A stretch of DNA of 64,000 nt. Origin: Isurus oxyrinchus (taxonomy: Eukaryota). The position numbers were made by a program, and so were the translations under genes. This document shows, piece by piece, positions 24,124 to 36,345 of this stretch. The stretch's first letter is position 1; each line of letters starts with the position of its first letter. Where the stretch lies: positions 3,720,001 to 3,784,000 of the forward strand of contig JANJGN010000041.1 of the NCBI GenBank assembly GCA_026770705.1, written 5' to 3'. The notes below the pieces were generated by a model. The model was given only the letters and a program-made list of their open reading frames with translations, was not told where the DNA came from and made no database searches.

Positions 24124-26799
24124 GTTTTTAATGCTTTTTCTTCCCTGAACTTCAATTTGGTAGAGGAGCCTCAGCACTATGAAAACAGAATAGTTTAATC
24201 AGTCATATTAAAGGAAAGCGCAATGTAGAGTACATGTTTCAAGTTATAAGTTTTGAACTGAAGATTCTGGCCAAAAATCAAAACCTGAGCATGTTTATGA
24301 GCACGTGGGACTTTTAACCTACATTCAAATTCACCCACGGGGAAATGGAGTGTATTTTAATGTTTCACAGTTTAACTTGGAACTTTGATACAGATGATTC
24401 TCAGTTGAATTTATCCTGGTCAGAAACCTCTTTAAACCGTTGAAGAACTCAGGTTTGGCTCCTGACAAAGTTGCCAAAGGAGGAAAATAATTTTTATGGA
24501 CATTTGTAAACATTTGGCATTAATTTAAAATGCTTCAAGTTTTTGTGCAGAAATAATATTTTAAAATGTACCTGTAGAAGATTGAAAATGTCAGTTCGGC
24601 CTTACAATAAAAAGATAAGCCTGAAGCCTGGAATAATTTTGACAAAAATCCAATTTGGACAGTTCAAATAGAACTATGTTAAATGTTAAAAAGAACTATG
24701 AAAATTCAAATTACAGACTCTGTCTTTCAAATCAGGTAAAAGCAGCGAACAGCGATACATTAATCCTGTCTTCAAGGAGAAAACGCTTTTACACGAGAGA
24801 TATCAGGTGAGAAATGCATTACAAAAAGCTGAAAGGCTTCAAAATAATAGAAATTGGATATATAGTTTGGGCACAACTGAAGAAAAGCTAATGGAACACT
24901 TTAATAAAGCAAGTTTCACTTTTGATTGGAGAAGAGTTTTTCGAAATCCGATGAAGTGAAGCAATTGTGTGCAAAATTATTTCCGCTCCCACGACCAAAC
25001 CCCACAACCACCAAACGCGCAGTGGAGTTAATCAGGTTGTGCTTATTGCTGCTTCCGTTTTACTTCATGATATAACCTTCGTATTTCCAGATTTATATTG
25101 GCACTCATGAGATTTCAAGTTTCCAAATTCACAGACGTGAGTGAACATATCAACCCATTGAACTGTGGGTCATAGGCATGATGGATGGCTTCCGTTTGTG
25201 AACAAAGAGTTTTGTGAATTAAAGATAGAGCAAGTAGTCATATTGGTCCAGCGAACTGGCCTCACCAGATCAGGCTGCTTGTTGCTATTAGTTATCTTTC
25301 GAGACAGAGTGCTGGAGAACGGGACTTCTGAGCAAACACATCGAACAATGAAAATGGGATTTCTCAACATCAGCTTTGATAACCAGCAAGCCTGAAAACA
25401 ATTGTTTCTGAAAGCGAAATTCATAAAGGAAACTGGACATGAGCTTCTATTCACCCATTTCAAAGGGAAATGTACCTGACGTTTAAGGGGATAAACAAAT
25501 TCCAACTTTCAAAAGAAGAATGCTAATCGGAAACAGTTCAGGCGGCTCCTTGAAAAGAACATGTTTTTTTTGGAAGAAATAAATTGAACACTAAATTCAA
25601 CATGGAGCAACATTAAAAATCGGACACAGGCTAAAAGGTTACTTCTGTCAAACCAAAATTATACCTGAAGAAAGAACAAACAGGGCAAAACATGCTAATA
25701 ACTGGAGTCAAGCGTTTGATTCCAATTTCAAAGATATTATCAAAAAATTTCCTTTTCAGCACATTCGACCATGACTCAGTGCTAATGGCGCTCTAATTTG
25801 AAAACAAAATGCAGAACAATCATCACAAAATCGGTCAAACCTTCTCTGTCAGGCTTCAAGGCCATGCTGCCACCAGTGTATTACTCAGGGGTGCAAAATA
25901 AACTGGAAGTTTTGACAGATCAAAAATGACTTGCAGTCGCCCAGGACACAGTTTGAAGAACATTACATGCTATCATCATACCATTACAAGCCAACAAGCT
26001 ATTACGAAATGATATTCAGAGGTCTGTTAAATCCTGCCATCTTGTTATTGCATTGAGAATACTGCCTTTTCCGGTGCATTTTAAAACATAAGCATTAACC
26101 GAGCCTTCCAGTTTCTTGCCCTTCTTAATGTGAAAAACATCAAACTCCATCACTTTCAGCAGTTCAGCCTCTGCTTCAGTCTTTCCCTCCATCCTTGCCT
26201 CCACATTCTCTTGTTGTTCTGAAACGTGACCTTTCTGTTTCGAAGACTTGTGAGCTGACCTCGAGGTACACCTGCCACGTTCCCGGTCTCGATCTTATGA
26301 CCTTGAGCGGCCATGTCACCTGGCTCCCCTCACTTTGCCCTACAATATTTCCCCAGGCCTCATGAACGAGGTGAGGTATTCAGTATTGCAACTGTATGAG
26401 GATCCGAGGAAAGGATTGAGGGTAAGATCTAGAAGTAGGGTAAAAAGGCAAACATCACTTGTGAATTGGCAGAACCTACCTCCGGTGTCGTTCAACGTAA
26501 CACATCAATTTCGTGTCCATGTACGTTCTAATGAATGTAAAGAGTAGATTAAGGGAAGAACGTTAGATTGTTCTCTTTGATATAAGTTTCTCTTTGCCTA
26601 CAAGCTTTTTATGAGAATTGAAATTGATCATTTGGCCGCCGGTTGAGACATTGGGACCGTAGAGGAGTAGAAAAACAAAGAGCTTGAGATAACTACCCCC
26701 CTTTTATCGTTTTGGAAGTTACCTGGAAAAAAACAGAATGAATTATTGATTGGCGCATCCTTTTAAACATATGAAATCCCAGATTGAAGTTGATTGGCA

Positions 26800-27342
26800 G
26801 AATCCTGTATCCCCAGATTCAGATCTCCAGCCTCCAGTAAGACGGATATTTTGGAAACGAATTTAAATTATATGTCCCCTGATTCAGATCTCCAGCCGAC
26901 AGTAACAATTATGTTTTGGAGATGAATTTAAAACCTGTGCACAATGATTCAGATCTCCAGTCTGCAGGAACAGGGACTTGTTGGAGGAGGTTTTGAATCT
27001 TGTCTCCTCTTTTCCAGATCTCTATCCTGGGGTACGTGGGAAGTTGTGGAGTTGAAAGTGAGTACTGTAGCCGCTGATCCAGATTTCGAGTCTGGAGTCA
27101 ACAGCCATGGTTAGAGATGGACTTCAATCCTGTATACATGGGTCCAGGTATGCTTTCAGAGGTTCATGGGATGTTCTGGAGAAGGTTTTAAATCCTCTAT
27201 GCATTGGTCCAGATCTGCAGTCTGCAGTAACTGGCATGTTGCTGAGGTGAATGAGAATCATGCACCCACTGATCCAGATCTTCAGTCTGCAGCTACTACG
27301 ATGGTATGTAGTTGTAGCTGAAACCGATATCCACTGACTCAC
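26800..27342. repeat. 65-bp minisatellite, 8 divergent units with exact period
   Basis: agatc-type anchor at 26821, 26886, 26951, 27016, 27081, 27146, 27211, 27276. Confidence 0.92.
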
Positions 27343-27349
27343 TTTTCAA

Positions 27350-27750
27350 GATTCTCCGTCAGGAACTTGGTGTCCATACGTTGATGGTTTTCTGATTTAA
27401 TCAACAAGAATGGACAAGCTTAGATTTCTGTCTGTACGGCATTATACACTCCCTTAAAGCCCTCCCACAAATAATTCAGAAGTAAAGTATTATGAGGGAC
27501 CAAGAGACAGTGAATATTAAGAACATCTTCCCATGGGCAGGGAGGGCAATGTCCAGGTTAAATATAATCAGTGAAACTGTTGGAAAAGTTATACTGAAAT
27601 TGAGTCCTTTTTTCACCCAGAGGCTGGTGGGTGTTTGGCTCTCGCTGTCCCAAAAGGGAATAGAGTGAAAGACACTCTCACATTTAATTCAAAATAACTC
27701 GGGTATGAAGTTTAAATGCAGTTACTGCCAATAGCAGAACGGGTAAAACG
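27350..27750 (+). mobile_element. CR1 3' fragment
   Basis: EEMDKL.F.....R...E..SIMR-like remnant and ttttcacccagaggctggtgggtgtttgg. Confidence 0.55.
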
Positions 27751-28627
27751 TTTTGTGACTAAATTTAATCCGTGTAAATCATTGAACGTTTACAGGAGAA
27801 AGGGATTCCATTCAGCTCTTCACACCTGTATTAACTGCCTGCAAATGTTATTCATCTGGTCCCCGTGCTCCGCCCTTCCCTGTAGACAGGTAAATATACC
27901 TCTTTCAATCTCAATACCAATTGCCTCTTGAAAACCATGATCAAAATTCCCTCAATCACATCCGAGACCATTCCTGCAGGCTGTATTAACTCCCCCATCC
28001 TCACTCTCTTCCCGCTTTTTATAAACCATTTCCTGACTACTTAGAATATAAATCTGTTTTCCAGGCCCTTAGCTTTAAAGCTTCCGTTTCTGCCGGGGGT
28101 TTCTTAATCTAAGTCCACTTCATGTATTTATAAAAACAGATGCTTGCCCAGGGGTAAAATAATTTGCGACATCACCCCGGTGTTATTAACCACCGTTTGT
28201 CACCGTTTTTGTTATGATTTTTACCGCCAGCCTACCACTAGGCGATATGAGCCAACGCCCCCTCCCAGATTAAATCACCATTGAACCTAACCCCAGACAA
28301 CCCTGTTGCTTATCAGACCCTCACTGGAGATTAAGGATCCAGCCCCCGCTTCGCAGAGCTTTCAAACAGTTTGCTCTCTATCAGGGTTCACAACGTTGCC
28401 CCCTCTCTCACAGTTTTTATTAATGAGAACAATCCCGTCGTTGAATACTAATATCAGCCCCTAACCAGCATTCATGGATTAGCCACCCTTACCTGCTGCT
28501 CTTCGTATGCTGCTTGCACCCAGCGCATTTTATTAAAACGCTCCCATAAACTGAGTCTATTGATCCAAATGTTCTTCTTATGGTTGAAACAAGGGTCTAG
28601 CCCAAAGGGGTATGTAAGTTGGTGCTC

Positions 28628-28657
28628 TTCTTTCTTTCTTTTTTTCTATTTTTCTTT

Positions 28658-28697
<40 letters not shown>

Positions 28698-28730
28698 TTT
28701 ATTTTTTCATTTCTTGCTTTCTTTCTCAGC
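28628..28730. repeat. (TTTC)n / pyrimidine-rich microsatellite
   Basis: Directly visible. Confidence 0.92.
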
Positions 28731-28984
28731 AGTTTTCTCTCCACGTTTCATATGGGGTCTTCACCTCCTGTCCCCTCCTCCCGGTGTGTAATTATCCACC
28801 CCCTCGTCCTCAGTTTCATTAATCCCAACCACCCCCTCCCCACACTCAAATCACCCGGCACACCGCCCCGCACCCAATCGACCACCACGACCCCATTAGT
28901 GCCATGGATGAAAAGGCCCAGCTTGCTGGCAGGTCTTAGTAAGAGTTTCTGATGGCCCGGGTGTATTTAGAGACTCATTGACCA

Positions 28985-29390
28985 ACAGCTCCTGCACATG
29001 TGTTTTTTGAAAATCCTCCCTCAGCTCAATTTACAGGTCAATTGCCATCTCATTCCCCAAGGCTTAGTGAACCGTTGGTGGCACCTGGGCTACAAACCAT
29101 CCCTTTCCTTGCGAGCATTTGCAAACCAATACACTAGGCCATTTTTGCAATATACTCAAAGCTCCACCAAGATTACTAACTCTCTCCCTACCAAGGCATA
29201 TCAAACCTGTCCCTCTTCAACTGTTATGATCTTGCTAAGTAATTTATAATTCTCTTCCTTAGAGCGATAGTGGTGAAATTATTCCGAGACGGTCCAAATA
29301 CTTTCAAATTCTTGTAAAAGCGCTGTGTCCAGTACTGAAAACAATATCTCTTTGAAGGCTTGATGTTCTGTATTTTGGAAATCTAGTTAA
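28985..29390 (-). mobile_element. CR1 3' fragment
   Basis: Reverse complement reads YCFQYWTQRFYKNLKVFGPS, like LEYC.QFW.P...KD...LE.VQ. Confidence 0.45.
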
Positions 29391-29397
29391 ACCATAT

Positions 29398-30282
29398 TGT
29401 GACGAATGTATAATATTTCTTGTGATATTATTCTGTAATTAGGTTAATATTGGGTTTCAGAAAGTTTCAGTGCATGTGTGTGTGTGACTTAATTTAAATG
29501 CAGACATAATTAAATTGATAATTTTCGGGGCCTTCATCAATAAAATAAGGAAGTTCTGAAATGCAAAATATGTAAACATGGCTGCAGATTTGGAATGTGA
29601 GATGAGTAAAGTATGCATTTTAGGTAAATTTGGGTAGTTTGAGTTTCAAAGAGGATGTAACACCTAGCCTGTGAAGCCTAGCAAAGCGGTGTGTTTATAT
29701 TGGATTCAAAAAGGTTAACAATAACATTAGCACCATGTAATGATTTTTTGTAGGGAAAAAAAGTAATGTTCGATAGCCATATTGGGAAAATGAAATTTTC
29801 AATAAAAGGGAAAAAACATGTTACATGGATGTAGAAGTTCTTTATTAGAGGAGACATAGCAAAATCTAACATAAATGGGAAAAAGCCCCCATCGTTTGAG
29901 CATTAAGCCTCTGTCTACAGAAATCAAAGCTGTGAAAAACGCCACTTTGAATTCTTCTATCCAGGGTGTTGTGTTGACTAGCCTGGATGTGATTCAGGTT
30001 TTACTGTTACTGTAATGAGGGTATAAATGGAAATCACATTAATTAGGCTTTCTGGGCTTTATTATTGTATTAATTTGTACACCTATGAATTTACTTTAAA
30101 TCTTAATTGTTGTTATTAAATGTTAGATTTAATTTTCCGAAATCTTGGTGGTCTTCTTACCCCTCAATTCAGGGCATGCATCTCGAAACAAATACATAAT
30201 GCAAAACCGTTGTGACTGCTTTATCAGGTATTTTTTTGTAGGATTCTTCCACCTAGCACACATCACCTGCCGCATCATAAAA
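29398..30282 (+). mobile_element. Candidate LTR upstream of the Gypsy internal region
   Basis: Starts tgtgacg, ends catcataa; AT-rich with attaaa; no matching 3' copy recognised. Confidence 0.4.
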
Positions 30283-30479
30283 AGTGTTGGTCGTTGCTAT
30301 AGGTTTGAAAATATTTGTGTGGCTTGGAGTAGCTGAACTTTAACGTTGCAAATACGAGACGCACTTTGAATTAAGGAGTTGGTGTGAAATGTTGTTTTTA
30401 AAATGTCGGGAGACTGCAAGATGCCCGTATCAATGGCTAAATCGTTGTTGGAAATAGCAGGAATAACTCTGATTTGTTT

Positions 30480-33400
30480 ACCAGAATAAAAGCTAAGTGT
30501 AAACAACAGGTCTGTTGGTTAAGTTGCTTTTGAGGTTAAATGTGAGAGCAAAGAAAGCAGACATAGTTGAAGTGATAGCGCAGCATTTTAAGTTGGAAGT
30601 GAAAACTGAAAGTAATGAGTCAACTCTGGTGGTAGCGAAACTCCAGTTGGAATTGAGGAGGCAGAAATTTCAATGAGCAAAGGAACTGGAAAACCTTGAA
30701 CTGGATGCAAAGGAAAAACGAAAGAGAGATTGTTCCAAAAATATATTGGAAATGTGAAAACTCGAGAGGAAAACATTAACAATTCACGAGAGAGTCAAGG
30801 AAAGAGACAGAGAGTTCTGACTTTAATACGTTAGAGTTGACAAAGAGAGACATATGATGCAGATAAATGTTGTGATAATGAAAAACCTATAACCCGTGGG
30901 TAAGATATCTAAACTTGTGCAAGCTTTTCCAAAGATTGAAGAAAGAGTTGTGAAGTCGCACTCTGTTACATTTGAGAACATAATACAGAGATGAAAAGGC
31001 CAGAAGTAAACTTGACATTGTAGTTACGGTATAGATAATTGGGTAGAGCTCATTTAGGTTATGCTTCACTGTCAGCAGGAAGGTCAGTGGACTTTGACGT
31101 GATAAAATACATATTTTGAGTGCATATGAGTTGGATCTTGAGGCAGACATGAAGAAATTTAGGAGTATAAGAAAGTAGCCTGGGAACATGTAACCTGAGT
31201 TTAGGAGAGCGTAACACAGTAATTTCGACTGATAAATCCAGGAATTAAATACAGAGACAACATATGCTGCTTTACAGAATCAATTATTTTAGATTAACTA
31301 AAGTGAGATCTCATGTTGATTGACAGAGGGTTACAACAGTAAGACATGCCGCAGAAATAGATGATCATTAAATGTTATCTCGTACACCTAATCATTTTTT
31401 GGCACTCTTTTAAATAAGGGAGGCAGACAAAATAGGAAGCTAAAGGACTGTGTGTAATCAGAGGAGGGAGGGAGTAGTTGCAAATTCCATGGCATTCAGT
31501 GTTTTTGACCTGATATTTGGTTTCATAAAGATGTTTTTAGTTTCTGCCAGACATGACATACATGCCAATTTTGGCGAAACCACTATCAGCAATTAAAGCA
31601 CACCCTTTATTCATTCCAATACCAGCTTGTAGAGAACCATTTAGCACTTCCTTAATAGATTGTTTTGGACCCTCAGCTGAAGCAGAAGTGGGAAACAGTG
31701 TCTTTCAAAAATTATGGTAGCTCTAACAACATTTCCAGCGGCAGTGCATTTCGGGAAGATCATAGTGAAAATTGCAGGGGAAAAGCCATTTCACTTCTTC
31801 GCAATATGTTGGTTACCTTTGGAAAAGCAATTAGATCAAGGCTCAAATTTTATGTCACAAATATTCAAATAAAAGAAATGGAAAGTTTGGGAACGGAGAA
31901 AAAAATCAGCCTTCAGCATAATACTCACAATCATAAGGAACTTTAGCAAGTTGAAATCTAATGTTAAAGAGCACGATTAAAGTTTATTGAAAATGATGTT
32001 CCATTTTTGGGATAAAGTCTCTCCATTTGCATTTCTAAGGGATGCCCAAAGGGAGTCCATGGCATTCAGTGTTTTTGACCTGATATTTGAGGTAGTGGCG
32101 GGAGATGCAGTGAAATTAATTAAAGAAAAAGTTATCAATCAAGGTTCCGAGACTTCACATTAGACCAAAATGTCAGATCACTGGGAAAGACTAAGCAAGG
32201 CCTGCGGGTCGTCCAAAAAACATATAAAAATAGAAAAGCTCCGGAATACTGAAGGCAAGAGCAGATATCTCTTCTAAAGATCGAAGTTTTCTTGCTGGAG
32301 GAAATATGTGATTGTGGTGACTTTTCGCTGGTAACAAGAGAAAAGCAAGGTTCACGGGCCTTCGCTAAATCAAAAAGAAACTCAATTCTGTGAATAATAT
32401 AGTGAACAGTCCAGGCAGCTGGAAATTCAACTGAATGTTTCCCGTTAAATTGTTAATTCCATATAATGGCTGGGAAGGTAACCAGGAGAGGAACTTGTTT
32501 GCATTAGTGAAAGGAGAAAGTGGAGAACTTAATATCTCAAACATTTGAAGAATGAAACATAAATGGGATATTGTAAACTCGACCCTCCAGTAGTTAAATT
32601 GAACAGTTCAGAGGCGGTTAAAATTTAGATGAGAGCATAAGAAATAACAACAGGGGTAGAACATTCGGTCCCTTGAACCTGCTCCGCCATTCAATAAGAT
32701 AATATTTGATCTTCCAGTGTTTAGATTTCCATATAGCAATGTAACCCGGATAACCCTTGATTCCCCTGCGATGTTACACTAAATTCCAGAAAATAATTTC
32801 GAGATGCCTTATGAAACTTATTACAAACTCATGAAAGTTAATGTACAGATCGACCAAGGAAAACGGCTTTGGCTTTATATGTTGCAATGTTGGGGATGTC
32901 ACCAATAAAGCAACATCTACTCATTCTCAATCCATGGACGTTAATCCAAGCGAAGGAAGCAATAAAGTTTATGTTCGAGGATGACATTATAAAACCGAGT
33001 AACAACATATGGAGCTCATCTCCTATAAAGGCACCTAAACCAGATGGGTCACAATGATTGTATATAGTTTATGGCAACGTTAATGCATTCACATATGCAG
33101 ATCCATATCTTATTCCACGATTGGAAAACTGTATTGAAAAGATTGGGCAAGCAAGTTTCCTGTTAGAAAAATGATTTATTGTAGGGGTATTAAAAGTCCC
33201 GTTAACTGAAGAGGCCAAAGTAACATCAGATTTTGGAACCACGAATGGGCTTTTTCAATTTAATGTCATGCCTTTCGGAAAGAAGAACACAACAGTAACA
33301 TTTCAATGATTAAGCAAAACGTTATTGAAGGATTATTTAATTGTCGTACATATGTAGTGAGACTTTCGTTGCTTTCCGCTGAGCTTGGGGGGAAGTTTAC

Positions 33401-34140
33401 AACTATACAATGATGTGTTTGGTCATTTAGAAAGATACAATTTAGTCATAAACTTTGTATAAAGTGAATTTTCCAAAATGAAGTTGATTGATTTGCGCCA
33501 AACTATGGAGAAAAGGCAAAGTGATCTCCAGAAAAGCAAAAAATGAGGGTCATCTAGTATTGAAGGTGCTTAAGAATACTGGAGAGATGTTATGGTCTAT
33601 TATCATCCGTGGATTTTTTCGGAAGTTTGTCCTGAATTTCAGCAGGGCAGTGTTTCCCCTGACAACTCAGTAAAGAAAAGCAAAAATATTTGAATGGAAA
33701 AAGGATTGTCTAAGTGCCTTTAGCAGCCGGAATGGTGTACTCACCACTCCCACGTTTTTCACAGCATCAAAATATGTGAAGCCATTTAAGCTGACTTTTT
33801 ATGCTAGTGAATGTTGGATCAGTTTTATCACAGGGCAACGAGACGGGAATTGAACGGCCAGTCTGTTACGTTACTGGTAATATATTTTTTTCCCCCCCAG
33901 GGAAAATACTCAGAAGTGAGAAAGATAACCTAAATATAGTGCTGGCTGCAGAACATGTTGAAGTTCACTCATCCTAAAATTCTGCAGAAATTATTATATT
34001 ATAACGACCAGAATCCATTATCCTTCCTAGAAATGTTTCAGAACAAGAATGTGATACTATGTTTTTTAAGTTTAATGCTATTCCCTTAAAAGTTAAACCT
34101 CAGCCATGTCGCTGGAAATTACTTTATCTAGAGCAAATAT
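30480..34140 (+). mobile_element. Decayed Gypsy LTR retrotransposon, Gmr1-type order gag-(deleted PR)-IN-RT-RNaseH
   Basis: gag KADIVEVIAQH and SAYELDLEADMKKFR; integrase FCQT*HTCQ, EPFSTSLIDCFGP, LDQGSNFMS, KARFTG; RT PIKQH...WSSSPIKAPKPDGSQ, IPRLENCIEKIG, VMPFGKKN; RNase H PFKLTFYAS, YNDQNPL. Confidence 0.92.
32637..32770 (-). mobile_element. CR1 3' tail nested inside the Gypsy element
   Basis: cataagaaataacaacaggggtagaacattcggtcccttgaacctgctccgccattcaataagat is a typical reversed CR1 end. Confidence 0.7.
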
Positions 34141-34321
34141 GGAGGACGAAGAAAACCATAATTAAAATGGGCCTGCGTAGATTACGTTTCTTATGGAAAA
34201 TACTAGCATATTTGCTGTAAGAACATAGTTAAAGTCGTAAGATAAGATAAATGTAGTGAAGAGACGAGATGCTAACAGGAAATGTAAATGCCTCTTAAAG
34301 CTACCTTTTCAATTCTTATCC

Positions 34322-35175
34322 TGTTACGGGGTAAGTGATGGGAACTAGATGCAATTTTAGACAAGCTACAAATGTATTTATAATGTGAAGCCTGGGTTTG
34401 GTTTCAGTTTGGACTTTTGCAACATTCAGCGGGCCAGCCTGGGGCACTGCTTGGATGTTTACATTTTAATGAATGCTTTACTAATCTTCAAATGAAGAGA
34501 TTGGCTTCGATAGGATTTGGTGATTTAGGCAAATTGAAACTAAAACAAGAAGTAAGAAATAAAACTGCGTTGTTGACTCACAACTGGTGATCCCGGGGAT
34601 GTGCAGAGATCCATAAAGACAAGGAGCCTATCACCTTGTAGTTTCAGTTGGTGTTAGAGTGCCAACGAGTCAAGACCCGACGAAAAGGCCTCAGTCTCTT
34701 TCCAACTGGGCATGATGCCAGATTCTTGAGGAACTCGTGGATAACCCTCTAAGGGTAAAGTATAGGTGAATTTGAGCGTTCTGGATATCTTAAGGGAGAT
34801 ACCAATTGTGCAATTGCTTCTAGTGAATGGTCGGAAGACTACTGGAAAACCAAATTCTTTACCACTGAACAAGCGTTATTCTTGTTCCAGAACTAATCGT
34901 GCCTTATCACTGGGGTCCTGGGTTAATAAGGGCATTAGTAGGATGAAAGGGGCAGTGTGAGTTTCTGTCACTTATTTCGTGTTCTCTGTAATGAAAACTT
35001 ATCAAGTGTTTGGTTGCCTGCTGTAATATGATCATGATTAATTAAACTTTTTTTGCGACTCATGCAAAGTCAAATAAGACTCCTGTGAACCTTCTTCACT
35101 AAGGAACCCACGGTTTCAAAATAAATGATTTCTTAAAATAGACCATCAATCCAGGTTGCATTCTGCTGTGTAACT
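34322..35175 (+). mobile_element. Candidate (solo) LTR
   Basis: Starts TGTTAC, ends GTAAC(t); poly(A)-like signals near 35040 and 35121; no polypurine tract seen. Confidence 0.35.
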
Positions 35176-35596
35176 CTGTTTTTATAAACAGCGTGGAAAA
35201 CTTATAACCCTCCAGTCCTCGGATATCACTCCAAGGTGCACTTACATGTCATGGTCAGTCAAACCTCTACTCGCAGCCTTCCATCCATTAGCGACCCACA
35301 TACATCCGATAGAGGGCAGGTAATGTTCTATTCTGTTGTGATAAAAAAAAATGTTGGATAGCAAGACGTTAACTGAACCACTTTGTTCAGTCCCTGTAAT
35401 TAACTTCAATCTCCCTGGATCCTAATTGTGTCACAGGAGGGTTCCACTCTGCTATTTATATGGGGCTCATTTCAATGTGCCTTCCCCTAATGTCAGGGGG
35501 ACAGTCGCATTCAGCACTCACAAGAATCAACGACTCCATAGAGAGGGGGAGAAACAATATCAGAACCTGAGAAAAATAGATTGGAACGTCACAACA

Positions 35597-35771
35597 ATGA
35601 ATCAGAATCTTAGAAGAAAGTCTTGGAATGTTACAAAAATGGACAGGAGTTTATCCTCGGGGCTTTATTACCTTTCTCCAGATCGGATATCATTAGCTGA
35701 TAGGATCCTGGGTGTAATTTCGTTAATCCAAGTGGGTTACTTTCCCATCCTGGCTCTTTTCGGTGTCACCG
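35597..35771 (+). CDS. GPR139/GPR142-like class A GPCR, coding exon 1 (N-terminus and start of TM1)
   Basis: ATG 35597 (alternative 35639): MNQNLRRKSWNVTKMDR...RILGVISLIQVGYFPILALFGVT; phase-1 donor g|gtaaga at 35771/35772. Confidence 0.85.
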
Positions 35772-35879
35772 GTAAGAACCTATATGCAACAATCTGTTAT
35801 TTGAACCAGATTGACTGCATTGCCTTTACTGTATTTTACATTTCAGGAAGATGGAAGTCATTTGCTACTGTTCCCATTT

Positions 35880-36345
35880 TAATGACCGTTCCCTATCCAG
35901 TCGCTCCACACGCCTACCACGCCACTATCTAAGTCTGATCCATAGTGTCGTCGACCCCGAGGCCCCATTTGGCCCTGAGCTGATTTCTGAGCCCATACCC
36001 TTTCCATCCATAAGCCTGTCTTCGACCAGATCTGCAGCCTCACCCACGATCCTCACAGCAGTAGCACATCACCGGAATGCTCCCTCAGCTGTGCATTTGT
36101 CAAAGCCAGACTCGGCTTTTAAAATGTTAGTCTGGCCATACAATTGCAGTTATAAACCTTCTTGAAACATACCATGTACAAAACTCTGCTTTCTGTAAAC
36201 TAACCCATGCCAAATCTCATTCCACCATCATCCCTGCGCTCACAGGCCAACATTGCTTCCGGGTCTTTCAGCTAGTCAATTTCAAAATTCCAATCCTGTC
36301 ACCTGATTACTCTTTAATCTCATTTCTCCAATCACTCCCATGCCC
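35880..36345 (+). mobile_element. L2-like LINE relic in the GPCR intron
   Basis: Pyrimidine-rich; QNSAFCKLT..KSHSTIIPALTG.H.L..FQLVNFKI resembles the L2 C-terminus (QN.AA..LT....HITP.L..LHWL...RI.FKI). Confidence 0.55.

Larger units (their letters stand above)
18765..26400 (+). pseudogene. Unidentified decayed coding-like sequence (possible fossil large exon or exons)
   Basis: Long purine-rich, codon-like tracts with no LINE/LTR motifs I can recognise; e.g. an ~85-codon stop-free run at ~24700-24955 (QTLSFKSGK...FDWRRVFRNPMK); many stops and frameshifts; present in both duplicate copies. Confidence 0.35.
11709..27342 (+). repeat. Segmental duplication, copy 1 (direct repeat of ~41134..53340)
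   Basis: Collinear homology from ttagtcaca...tttgggaattaagcag to actgactcac; shared anchors include ggtcggggaatctta (~12155/41665), cagcacatcaaggcggcag-like (~19281/45732) and gggaactcaaaggagcac (~22527/48972). Confidence 0.95.

Noticed and set aside
23886-24177. HT/CV-repeat ORFs
   Set aside because: Translations of the TG microsatellite.
26800-27342. CRISPR-like array (65-bp period, conserved core)
   Set aside because: The 'spacers' are homologous to each other, the repeats are not identical, no cas genes are present and the context is vertebrate; it is a minisatellite.
28560-28952. Phe/Leu/Ser-rich 'membrane' ORF
   Set aside because: Translation of the (TTTC)n microsatellite and a C-rich tract.
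29398-35175. Complete LTR element with paired LTRs
   Set aside because: The two LTR candidates show no visible similarity to each other, and no clear PBS, PPT or TSD was found.
35426-35932. 168-aa ORF as a standalone gene
   Set aside because: Starts at a non-ATG codon and reads through the splice donor at 35772; only 35597..35771 is the GPCR exon.
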